A DNA stretch of 32,000 nucleotides. Origin: Candidatus Harpocratesius repetitus. GTDB lineage: Archaea; Asgardarchaeota; Lokiarchaeia; Sigyniarchaeales; Promethearchaeaceae. The notes beneath the pieces were generated by a model that saw nothing but the letters and a program-made list of their open reading frames with translations, made no database searches and was not told where the DNA came from. The stretch is taken from positions 3,090,001 to 3,122,000 of the forward strand of contig JAIZWK010000001.1 of assembly GCA_021498095.1 (NCBI GenBank). The letters are read 5' to 3'. Made by a program: the position numbers and the translations under genes. Below are positions 10,129 to 19,170 of the stretch, in pieces (positions within the stretch are counted from its first letter, which is position 1; each line of letters begins with the position of its first letter).

Positions 10129-10163
10129 TTAATATTTAAAAAATCATCGGGCTTAAATATTAA
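10129..10163. promoter_or_regulatory. Inverted repeat TTAATATTTAA-N13-TTAAATATTAA overlapping the probable purC TATA box
   Basis: Perfect 11-bp arms 16-50 nt upstream of the purC ATG. On the minus strand TTTAAATA ends 19 nt before the ATG. Confidence 0.35.
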
Positions 10164-10234
10164 GTCTCTATTACTATCTATTACATCTGAATTATTTTGC
10201 CCAATTATAAAAATTAAAAAAATATTTCATGAAT

Positions 10235-10594
10235 CTATTGCTTTGAATAATTGTCTCCACTGAATTGTTCAATAGGATATTTTTTGCTATTTTTTTCAAT
10301 TTTACGAAGAACTATTTCAGTAAAATTAGGAAGTTTTAAACTATTAACCAAATTCAATAAATATATAAAAACATCAGCAATTTCGTCAGTTATAGGTGTT
10401 AAATCTCCGTGAAAATAGTCATCTGGCTTAAAAAGGAAGTTTTCTAGCAATTCTCCCGCTTCAATTGATATTGCTTCAGAAAGCGCTCGTGGAGTGTGAT
10501 ATTTTTCCCAATCTCGATCAGCAACAAATTGCTTGAGAATTGTTCTAAATTGTTGAATTGTGAAATTTTCATCATTTGGGCTTTCAGCTGACAT
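10235..10594 (-). CDS. MazG-like nucleotide pyrophosphohydrolase (DCTPP1/RS21-C6-like)
   Basis: DRDWEKYHTP, EAGELLE and DEIADVFIYL, KIEKNSKKYP. Start ATG 10594 with GGTGA upstream, overlapping the methyltransferase stop. Confidence 0.85.
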   Translation of the reverse strand: MSAESPNDENFTIQQFRTILKQFVADRDWEKYHTPRALSEAISIEAGELLENFLFKPDDYFHGDLTPITDEIADVFIYLLNLVNSLKLPNFTEIVLRKIEKNSKKYPIEQFSGDNYSKQ

Positions 10595-12026
10595 TATTTT
10601 CACCCTTTTGTGAATATTTTTTACAAAATTTAAGAATCTTTTGGATATCTTTTTGTTCTAGATTTTTACGAAAATCTTCCTTTTCTTGAGGTTTCATCAA
10701 AAGCAAAGGACAGGTTTCAATTATTTTTCGAGCTTGGGAAAGTCCGAAATATTTCCGGATATAATCACCTGAAGAATACTTATAAGAAGTAAGGAACTCG
10801 CTATCAGATTCAGTACGTAAGTATTCAAGAATAATATTAACATATTGTTGCAAAAGGCGCTGATCAGAAATAGTTAATGGTGAATCAAAGAAAATTTGAA
10901 TAGGATTAGTTCTGTATGTGTTTTTTGTTACTAAAATTCCAGATATTCCAAAACTAGCATATATTTCATATAATCCGGCTCTTCCTTCCCATTTTCCTGT
11001 ATCAACAGTTCTAACCCATAGAATATTTTTGTGGATTTTTTCTGCTAATTCTGAATTGACATATATTTTTTGTCGTTGATACTTATTTTTGAAGTATTTA
11101 TTTGCATCAATTACAGAAATAACTTTATCACCAGGATTATCTAAAACTTCTTGAACTTTTAAATAATAATGTAGTTTTATTGGTGTTCTACATTGGTAGT
11201 TTTGAGTAAATTCTTCAAATGTTGTTCCAGCTCTATAATGATAACTCGGATGCAGTATAAATTTTTTAGAAATCTTCTTATTGTTAATTTTTATTGCAGA
11301 AAATTCAACTACTTCTTTCTTTTTTTGGATTTTTCTGATAAAGAAAAAGATACCAACATTCATCCCTGTAAATTCAAAAATCGGCTTTTCAAATATGAAT
11401 GCTTGTTGAATTTTATAGTGTGGCAAAAAATTATCCCTGAATTGATTTGAAACCGAATTTCCGAATAAAAAATTAGTTGGAATAATATAAATCATGCGAG
11501 AAATAGCTTGACGGAGATCATTCATTAATGCAATTTGATAAAGATCTTGATATCCTTCATTTACACCTGCAAAATATTGTAAATGACTTTGTGTTTCACG
11601 ATGTTTTGAAATATACCCCAAATATAGATAGGGAGGATTAGTAATATGAAAAATAGGGTATGTTTTGGGTAGATTTTTCAGTAAATCAGGGAATGATTTC
11701 AAAGAATCCCATAGTATGATATTTTTTTCAGCTATAGATTTAGGAATTCCATATAGTTTTGCATTAGAAATTGCTTCTTCAATGCTTTTCTCTTGAATAT
11801 CAAATAAAAATATATAATTTTTGAAAAAATTAATCCGTTTTGATTCAGGAATGTGTTCTAAAATAGGAAGGATTAAATTACCAGACCCAGCGTATAAATC
11901 TACCCAAATATAATTATATAACTCAGATTGAATGGAAGGTAGGATAAATTCTCGAAAAATTCCAGAAGATGTATAATGCTGCCCGAATTTTCTTCGGTGT
12001 TTGGATTGAGATTCCATAGTTTTCAT
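10584..12026 (-). CDS. SAM-dependent amino-methyltransferase, probably N6-adenine DNA methyltransferase (gamma motif order), with no endonuclease domain
   Basis: FGQHYT (motif X), DLYAGSG (motif I), ITNPPY (motif IV), YIIPTNFL, and a C-terminal putative target-recognition region. Confidence 0.8.
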   Translation of the reverse strand: MKTMESQSKHRRKFGQHYTSSGIFREFILPSIQSELYNYIWVDLYAGSGNLILPILEHIPESKRINFFKNYIFLFDIQEKSIEEAISNAKLYGIPKSIAEKNIILWDSLKSFPDLLKNLPKTYPIFHITNPPYLYLGYISKHRETQSHLQYFAGVNEGYQDLYQIALMNDLRQAISRMIYIIPTNFLFGNSVSNQFRDNFLPHYKIQQAFIFEKPIFEFTGMNVGIFFFIRKIQKKKEVVEFSAIKINNKKISKKFILHPSYHYRAGTTFEEFTQNYQCRTPIKLHYYLKVQEVLDNPGDKVISVIDANKYFKNKYQRQKIYVNSELAEKIHKNILWVRTVDTGKWEGRAGLYEIYASFGISGILVTKNTYRTNPIQIFFDSPLTISDQRLLQQYVNIILEYLRTESDSEFLTSYKYSSGDYIRKYFGLSQARKIIETCPLLLMKPQEKEDFRKNLEQKDIQKILKFCKKYSQKGENNVS

Positions 12027-12046
12027 CCATGAATATATTCAAGAGA

Positions 12047-12820
12047 TTAAAAATTAAAGATTCGGCTGAAAAGATCTTCCTTTTTTGGCATAATCATGGA
12101 TTGTGGGTCGATTCGCTCATTAGTAAAATTCACAGGTACATTATTTACTAAAATGAAAGGGGTTTGCTCATCACACTCACCCATTAAAATATGCGCTAAA
12201 TCTGTAATTTGATCGGCTATAGCACGAGTTGTCCATTCCATTTTATGCCCATAAAGATCGCATCGACCACGACAATCAATAATCGGTTTAAATCCAGCGA
12301 CTCCGATTGCTACACCTACGATTCCTCTTCGTAGTGGTTGAACTCTCGAATCAGATATAATGACACCGAAATCTTTCAGTTCATATTTACTTTTAATTTC
12401 TTGACATAATTCAGCAGCAACATTAAAAGGATTAGAAGGCCATAAAGAATATTGATCTTCGTCTCCTGCATTTGATTTATCAATACCTGCATTTGCAATA
12501 AGAATACCGGATTTAAGTGTAAAAAGCATACCGGGAATACCCCCAATAATTTCATCTGCTTCTTGAATAACCAACTCTGCAAATTTGGGATCAAGATTAT
12601 ATCCCTGACTTAGCTCTTCAGCCTCTAAAGAATAATTTTTCACATCAGATAACCGAATTATTCGATTTTGACAAGTTCCTACAACAGTTTCTGCAATTAC
12701 AAGTATAGATTTTTCTTTAGGAAATTGAGTATTTGCTTCAAAAGTATCACATAATACAGTAAATAAATCTTCGCCTTGTTTAATGATGTGTGTGGTTTTA
12801 AGTCCGATTGCTGTTAACAT
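12047..12820 (-). CDS. cofE: CofE-family (F420-0:gamma-glutamyl ligase-like) protein; substrate uncertain
   Basis: ANAGIDKSNA, VIISDS, GVAIGVAG, DCRGRCDLYG, TRAIADQI, MGECDEQTP. Start ATG 12820 preferred to TTG 12826. Confidence 0.82.
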   Translation of the reverse strand: MLTAIGLKTTHIIKQGEDLFTVLCDTFEANTQFPKEKSILVIAETVVGTCQNRIIRLSDVKNYSLEAEELSQGYNLDPKFAELVIQEADEIIGGIPGMLFTLKSGILIANAGIDKSNAGDEDQYSLWPSNPFNVAAELCQEIKSKYELKDFGVIISDSRVQPLRRGIVGVAIGVAGFKPIIDCRGRCDLYGHKMEWTTRAIADQITDLAHILMGECDEQTPFILVNNVPVNFTNERIDPQSMIMPKKEDLFSRIFNF

Positions 12821-12850
12821 TTTCAATTCTCTGTAATATTTTTTAAATGA

Positions 12851-14173
12851 TTAAATTATTTTTTCATCTGTCGTGATTTTATTTTTTATAATCTTAAAAA
12901 TCTTTGAAAAATTAGTTTTAGGGTTTTCTGCTTGCTGAATGAGTCTTTCAATCATCATTCCTATCTGATTTAATTCCAAATCTTGATTTTTTAATTTATT
13001 GATTAATTTCTGGAACTCCAACTGTGTTCCCATTAATACAGCAGTGAATTTTTTTTCATATTTTTGATTCTCTGTAGTGATTACATCTTTATGAATTGCC
13101 ACTTCTCCATTTCGAGCCAGCATTTCTTGTTTTAATATCAAAGCTTGCGGTGCAGTTAAATTTTCAATTTGAATTAGGCGATGAATCATTTTCTGCCTCA
13201 TAATTGCTGCTCCACCTTTAGATACACCAGATCTACGAAGAAAGATTTCTGCTGCTTCTTTTGTATGAAAATTTGGGAGTAATACTGCTTTCTGATCTTT
13301 TATTTGCGTTTGAATAACATTCTTTCGAATTGCTGATGCCATCTGAACTGTCTCGCGCAATTTTTTAGTAATTTGATGAGCACGAATTATATGAGCACCA
13401 TTAAAAACAGCAACTGAAGTAGCAGCAAGGCTCCCATCTAATCTTTCTATTGGATTTTTTTTCTCCAAAACTGAACCAATGAAAGATTTTCTAGATAAGC
13501 CAACTAAAATTGGAGCTTGAAGTGCTCGAAAATCTTCCAAAGAATGAAGCATTTCTAAATCATATTCAAATGTCTTTTCTGCTATCCATTTTCCTACTCC
13601 TGGATCGACAATTACTTGAGAAAGATCATAATTATCGCTAGATAATGATTCAATTGTTGAAAATAGAGCATGCAAAATTTCACTTATACTTTTTGCATCT
13701 CCTGGTTTCTGTTGAGTTGCCATCAAACAAACAGGAAGATTGTGAGAAACAACCATATCTTTTATTTTTGGATCGGTGTGAAATGAAGAAATATCATTAA
13801 TCAAAAGAGGAATATCATATGGGGTAGCCAATTTGATAGCTAATTCAACAATTTCAGAATACTGAGTATCAATTGAAAGAACTACGCTCTTTGGAATGTG
13901 TGGAAGGGCGATTTTTAATGCTTGTTCCACTCGAGCATACTCTTCACTAATTGTAATGGGATCTGACCATGGAGCAGTTGATCTTGCGCCAAAATCAAGA
14001 AAAGTCGCACCATTTGCCAAATCTTCCATAATTTGAGGCAATATTGCATCTTTTGGAATATAGGATTCTTTATAGAAACTTTCAGGGCTAAGATTTATTA
14101 TTCCCATTAAATGAACTGGATACAAATCACCAATATAAACTCTATTTGATAAATATGATTGTATTATTCCCAT
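12851..14173 (-). CDS. folP: Dihydropteroate synthase family protein (archaeal type) with a ~155-aa C-terminal extra domain
   Basis: MGIINLSPESF, LDFGARSTAP, SIDT, LINDIS, VDPGVG, VGLSRKSFIG, GAHIIRAH. Confidence 0.85.
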   Translation of the reverse strand: MGIIQSYLSNRVYIGDLYPVHLMGIINLSPESFYKESYIPKDAILPQIMEDLANGATFLDFGARSTAPWSDPITISEEYARVEQALKIALPHIPKSVVLSIDTQYSEIVELAIKLATPYDIPLLINDISSFHTDPKIKDMVVSHNLPVCLMATQQKPGDAKSISEILHALFSTIESLSSDNYDLSQVIVDPGVGKWIAEKTFEYDLEMLHSLEDFRALQAPILVGLSRKSFIGSVLEKKNPIERLDGSLAATSVAVFNGAHIIRAHQITKKLRETVQMASAIRKNVIQTQIKDQKAVLLPNFHTKEAAEIFLRRSGVSKGGAAIMRQKMIHRLIQIENLTAPQALILKQEMLARNGEVAIHKDVITTENQKYEKKFTAVLMGTQLEFQKLINKLKNQDLELNQIGMMIERLIQQAENPKTNFSKIFKIIKNKITTDEKII

Positions 14174-14405
14174 ATGTTATAATAATATAACACATTATTT
14201 TTGGATTTAGTTTAATGATAAATATTAAAGATACGATGATCTTGAAGAATTTTTCATTTTTCTTGCTTATACTTTGATAGAGAAGATTTTAAAGAACATA
14301 ACTCTTTTTAGTTGCCAAACCTTTCTTTTATTTACAGAAGCAAAAACTGTTTCTAGTTTTGACACCAAACATTGCTTTTTGTCGAATCAATAGGTGAAAC
14401 TTTCC

Positions 14406-16580
14406 GTGACTGATGTATCTCAAGAAAATACTAATGTTCAAAAGGAAAATACCAATGTTCAAAAGGAAATTTCTAATAACAATAAAGACAATAATACCAA
14501 CTTTACTCAAGAAAATAAAAACATAGAACAACTACAGCCATCCGTACAAAATAAGTATGACGCTAATAACATTGTGGTGTTGGAAGGTTTGGAAGGTGTC
14601 CGTAAACGACCAGCTATGTATATTGGAAGTACTGGAAAAAAAGGGTTTCACCATTTAGCATTTGAAGTTATTGATAATAGTATTGATGAAGCAATTGGTG
14701 GTTATTGTTCAAAAATTACTCTTATTTTAAATCCTGATAATTCATGCACCGTTCGAGATAATGGGCGTGGAATTCCTACAGAAATCCATCCGATAAAAAA
14801 GATACCCACTTTAGAAGTTATCTTTTCTTCACTTCATTCAGGAGGAAAATTTGATAAAAAATCTTATGCTGTTTCGGGTGGATTACACGGGGTAGGTTTA
14901 GCAGTAGTAAATGCTTGCTCAGAATGGGTCCAAATCAAAGTCTGGCGTAAAAATAAGCGTTATGAATTAAGAGTCGGAAAAGGAAAAATCATTGAACCAA
15001 CTCAAGAATTTGAAGAACCAGATTCCGAAATAGAAAGTGGAACCGAAATTACATTTTATCCAGATAAAGAGATATTTACAAGCATCCCTCCTGATGAATT
15101 TCAATTTGATTATGAATATCTTTCATCTAGACTGCGAGATCTGGCTTTTCTTAATCCTATTGAAATTGAAATTATTGATGCTCGACCAAATTCTCCTAAT
15201 CGAGAAGTATTCAAATATGAAAATGGCGTCTCTGATTTTGTAATGTATCTTAATAAAAATAAGAAAACATTACACCCAACTCCCATTCATTTATCCAAAT
15301 CGAAAAATGGAGTAGTTGCAGAAATCGCATTCCAATATAATGAAAGTTATAATGAATTAATTTATAGTTTTGTAAATAATATTAACACAGTTGAAGGGGG
15401 AACTCATTTAACTGGATTTAAAACTGCAATTACCAGAGTTTTTAATAATTATGTAAAAGAGCATCCACGTGAGTTTAAAGATGTCGGAGAAAAGGGCTTG
15501 AAAGGTTCTGATGTTCGGGAAGGTTTAGTTGCTGTTTTAGCTGTTAGGGTTCCAGAACCACAATTTGAAGGTCAAACAAAAACAAAACTAGGTAATCCAG
15601 AAGTTAAAGGAATTGTTTCTGAATTAGTTTTTTCAGAAATTATGCATTATTTTGACACACACCCAGTTGAAGCTAGACATATTCTGCAAAAATCAGTTTT
15701 AGCGCAAAAAGCGCGTATTGCGAGTCAAAAAGCAAGAGAATTAACACGAAGAAAATCAGCTCTTGATAGTCTACGATTACCCGGTAAATTAGCCGATTGT
15801 TCTTCAAAAAATCCCGAAGAATGCGAAATTTTTATTGTCGAAGGAGATTCTGCAGGAGGTTCAGCAAAACAAGGCAGAAATCGTGCCACTCAGGCAATTT
15901 TACCTCTGAGGGGAAAAATTCTCAATGTGGAAAAATCCAGACTAGCAAAAATTCTTGCCAATAAAGAAATCGCTGCCATGATAAAAGCAATTGGTATAGG
16001 AATTCATGATCCTTCTCTTACTCCAGAACCTGAAGATGATAATGGAGAAGGTGAAGGAAATGCAGATCACAGTGAAAATGGGGAGATTGCATTCGATTTA
16101 TCTAATTTACGATATCATAAAATCATAATAATGGCAGATGCTGATGTAGATGGACACCATATTGAAACTTTATTACTTACTTTCTTTTTCCGCTATATGC
16201 GCCCATTAATTGAAGCAGAACATGTTTATTTAGCAGTTCCTCCAATTTACAAGATATCTTATAAAAAACACTTTGATTATCTTTATATTGAAGATGATCC
16301 AAAGAAATTAAATGAAGAATTATCTAAATTTATGAAGAAATATAATATTCCAGATCCAAATAAAATAAAAATTCAAAGATACAAAGGTCTTGGAGAAATG
16401 AATCCTGAAGAATTATGGGAAACTACCATGAATCCTGAAAAGCGCCGACTTCATAGGGTAAAATATACAGATTTTGCCACTACAGACAATCTTTTTGCTG
16501 TATTAATGGGTGATGAAGTTGAACCTCGACGAGAATACATAATGGAACATTATCACCAAGCCATGGATATCGATATTTAA
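14406..16580 (+). CDS. gyrB: DNA gyrase subunit B
   Basis: LEGLEGVRKRPAMYIGST, EVIDNSIDE, DNGRGIP, GGLHGVG, EGDSAGG, PLRGK, DADVDG, QRYKGLGEM, C-terminal IDI. GTG 14406 preferred because AGGTGA (14392-14397) lies 8 nt upstream. Confidence 0.97.
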   Translation: MTDVSQENTNVQKENTNVQKEISNNNKDNNTNFTQENKNIEQLQPSVQNKYDANNIVVLEGLEGVRKRPAMYIGSTGKKGFHHLAFEVIDNSIDEAIGGYCSKITLILNPDNSCTVRDNGRGIPTEIHPIKKIPTLEVIFSSLHSGGKFDKKSYAVSGGLHGVGLAVVNACSEWVQIKVWRKNKRYELRVGKGKIIEPTQEFEEPDSEIESGTEITFYPDKEIFTSIPPDEFQFDYEYLSSRLRDLAFLNPIEIEIIDARPNSPNREVFKYENGVSDFVMYLNKNKKTLHPTPIHLSKSKNGVVAEIAFQYNESYNELIYSFVNNINTVEGGTHLTGFKTAITRVFNNYVKEHPREFKDVGEKGLKGSDVREGLVAVLAVRVPEPQFEGQTKTKLGNPEVKGIVSELVFSEIMHYFDTHPVEARHILQKSVLAQKARIASQKARELTRRKSALDSLRLPGKLADCSSKNPEECEIFIVEGDSAGGSAKQGRNRATQAILPLRGKILNVEKSRLAKILANKEIAAMIKAIGIGIHDPSLTPEPEDDNGEGEGNADHSENGEIAFDLSNLRYHKIIIMADADVDGHHIETLLLTFFFRYMRPLIEAEHVYLAVPPIYKISYKKHFDYLYIEDDPKKLNEELSKFMKKYNIPDPNKIKIQRYKGLGEMNPEELWETTMNPEKRRLHRVKYTDFATTDNLFAVLMGDEVEPRREYIMEHYHQAMDIDI
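14424..14470 (+). repeat. 21-bp in-frame tandem repeat (ENTNVQK x2 plus partial) in the GyrB N-terminal extension
   Basis: gaaaatactaatgttcaaaag / gaaaataccaatgttcaaaag / gaaat. Confidence 0.75.
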
Positions 16581-16635
16581 TCTAAATTCTATTCACAATT
16601 AATCAAAATTAACTATTATTAAGAGAGTATAAATC

Positions 16636-19143
16636 ATGCCAGATTCACTAAATCCTGATTCTCCAACACCCACTACTCCATCTCAGTCGACTACATCTTC
16701 ACAAATCATAGATAGAGACTTAAAACAAGAATTAAGCAAATCCTACATTGATTACGCCATGAGTGTGATCATTGGAAGAGCAATACCTGATGTACGTGAT
16801 GGTCTCAAACCAGTACAACGCCGTATTTTGTTCTCCATGGCACAGAACAATTTCTTTTACAATCGACCACACTTCAAAAGCGCTCGTATTGTTGGGGATT
16901 GTCTTGGTAAATATCACCCACACGGCGATCAAAGTGTTTATCAAGCCATGGTCCGTATGGCTCAAGATTTTTCTGTTAGATATCAATTAATCGATGGTCA
17001 GGGAAACTTTGGATCAGTTGATGGTGATTCAGCTGCAGCTATGCGATATACAGAAGCAAGGTTAGCAAAAATATCTAACGAAATTTTACAAGATATTGAG
17101 AAAAATACGGTAGATTTCCAAGATAATTTTGATGGATCTCTTCAAGAACCTGTTTTTCTTCCTTCAAAATTACCTTTAATTTTGCTAAACGGTGCCTCAG
17201 GAATTGCAGTGGGTATGTCAACAAATATTGCACCCCATAATCTAAATGAAATCGGTCAGCTAATTTGTCATGCAATCGAACATGGTCCAGAAAATCTCAC
17301 CAGTCAAGATGTTCTACAATATCTTAAAGGTCCTGATTTTCCCACAGGTGGTTTAATTATGGGAAATAAAGGATTTATAGATGCAGTTGAAACTGGTCGA
17401 GGGCAAATTATTACTAGAGCAAGGTGTGAAATTGAGGCTGATGGTGCAGGACGTAACAAGGATGCAATAATAATTACAGAAATTCCTTATATGGTAAATA
17501 AAGCTAGATTAATTGAATCAATAGCAGCATTAGTAAATAAAGGAGCAATTCCTGAAATATCTGATATTAGAGATGAATCAGACCGCACGGGAATGCGTAT
17601 TGTTATCGAATTAAAACAGAATTCAGACGCAAATGCTTGCTTAAATCGTCTTTATGTGCGCACACAATTACAAACTACTTTTGGAATAATTAATTTAATG
17701 CTTATAAATGATGGAAAGCAGCCTAAAATTCTTAATTATGTCGAGATTATCCAAGAATTTATCCACCACCGCGAAAGGGTTATTACCAGGCGAACAGAAT
17801 TTGATTTGGCGAAAGCTAAAAAACGTATGCATATTATCGAAGGTTTACTTAAAGCTATTGATAATATTGATGAAGTAATAATAATAATTAAACAAAGTTC
17901 AAATACTCCAGAAGCATCTCAAAAGCTCCAAGAAAAATTTCAATTTACAGAACTTCAAGTGCAAGAAATCTTGAAAATGCCATTAAGCCGGTTAACTAAT
18001 CTGCAAACACAAAAATTAATTGATGAAAAAGAAGATCTCTTAAATAAAATCCGTGATTATGAAGAAATTCTTTCTGATCGAACAAAACTTCATAGCATTA
18101 TTAAAGATGAAACATTGACTTTAATGAAAGATTATGGTGATCCTAGAAAATCAGAAATTCGAATGGATACAGCTGAGATTTCGATTGATAAAATGCAAAC
18201 AGAACCAGAAGAAGATTGTGTAATAATAATCACACAAAATCAAAAAATAAAAAGAATGACACTCGAGAATTATCAAGCCCAAGGGAGAGGAGGAAAAGGT
18301 AAACGTGGAATGAAGATTCGCGAAGAAGATATTGTAAAGGAAATGTTTATCGGTTCTTCACATGATACGGTTCTTCTTTTTACTCAAAAAGGAAGAGTAT
18401 ATTCGATTCCAGCATTTAGCATTCCAAAATCTTCACGTAATTCTCAGGGTAAAGCAATTGTGAATTATATTCAACTTCAATCGGATGAAAAAATAATAGA
18501 TATCGCCAATATCCAAAAATTTGATGAAAATTCATTCTTAGTTTTCTCAACAGCAAAAGGTTTGGTTAAAAAAACGGAACTAAAAGCGTTTGAAAAAATC
18601 CGTAAGACTGGAATCAGATGCATGTCAATATTAGAGGGTGATTCGTTAGTATGCGCGAAATATTGTCCACCTGGTAAGAATATTCTTATGGCAACGAAAA
18701 AAGGATTTGCAATTCGATTTATTGAAAATGAAATTCGATCTATGGGAAGAACAGCTCGTGGAGTCAGGGGAATGAGATTGCGCCCAGACGACGAGGTGAT
18801 TGATTTTATAATTGCCGATCAAGATTCAACTGTAGTTTCAATTACCAAAGAAGGGTATGGGAAGCACAGCAGATTAGATTTGTATAGATTGACTCATCGT
18901 GGCGGGAAGGGAGTAATTAATGTAAAACTACGCAATGATACTGATGAGGTTGTAGCTGTGAAAGCCATTCCCAGTAATAAAAATTTACTTCTGGCAAGTA
19001 CAAAAGGGATAATTATTCGAATTCGAACTGAAGATATTCGTGAAACGGGAAGAGCAACTCAAGGAGTCATTGTTATGAGACTTGATGAAGATGACAGTGT
19101 TTCTTCAGTAGCACTCTGCGATGCAGATGATTCAGATGAATAA
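16636..19143 (+). CDS. gyrA: DNA gyrase subunit A
   Basis: [16 protein letters not shown], catalytic AAMRYTE (Tyr138), GyrA-box QGRGGKG (18280-18300), beta-pinwheel repeats ([23 protein letters not shown]) and an acidic tail. Confidence 0.97.
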   Translation: MPDSLNPDSPTPTTPSQSTTSSQIIDRDLKQELSKSYIDYAMSVIIGRAIPDVRDGLKPVQRRILFSMAQNNFFYNRPHFKSARIVGDCLGKYHPHGDQSVYQAMVRMAQDFSVRYQLIDGQGNFGSVDGDSAAAMRYTEARLAKISNEILQDIEKNTVDFQDNFDGSLQEPVFLPSKLPLILLNGASGIAVGMSTNIAPHNLNEIGQLICHAIEHGPENLTSQDVLQYLKGPDFPTGGLIMGNKGFIDAVETGRGQIITRARCEIEADGAGRNKDAIIITEIPYMVNKARLIESIAALVNKGAIPEISDIRDESDRTGMRIVIELKQNSDANACLNRLYVRTQLQTTFGIINLMLINDGKQPKILNYVEIIQEFIHHRERVITRRTEFDLAKAKKRMHIIEGLLKAIDNIDEVIIIIKQSSNTPEASQKLQEKFQFTELQVQEILKMPLSRLTNLQTQKLIDEKEDLLNKIRDYEEILSDRTKLHSIIKDETLTLMKDYGDPRKSEIRMDTAEISIDKMQTEPEEDCVIIITQNQKIKRMTLENYQAQGRGGKGKRGMKIREEDIVKEMFIGSSHDTVLLFTQKGRVYSIPAFSIPKSSRNSQGKAIVNYIQLQSDEKIIDIANIQKFDENSFLVFSTAKGLVKKTELKAFEKIRKTGIRCMSILEGDSLVCAKYCPPGKNILMATKKGFAIRFIENEIRSMGRTARGVRGMRLRPDDEVIDFIIADQDSTVVSITKEGYGKHSRLDLYRLTHRGGKGVINVKLRNDTDEVVAVKAIPSNKNLLLASTKGIIIRIRTEDIRETGRATQGVIVMRLDEDDSVSSVALCDADDSDE

Positions 19144-19170
19144 TTTATTTTTCCTCAATGCTTTTTTTTA
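19144..19170 (+). terminator. Oligo-T terminator after gyrA
   Basis: T-rich stretch with T8 at 19162-19169 directly after the stop; the next gene is convergent. Confidence 0.4.

Noticed and set aside
10584-12026. Type IIG restriction-modification enzyme or complete R-M system
   Set aside because: There is no room for an N-terminal PD-(D/E)xK domain and no adjacent endonuclease or specificity gene.
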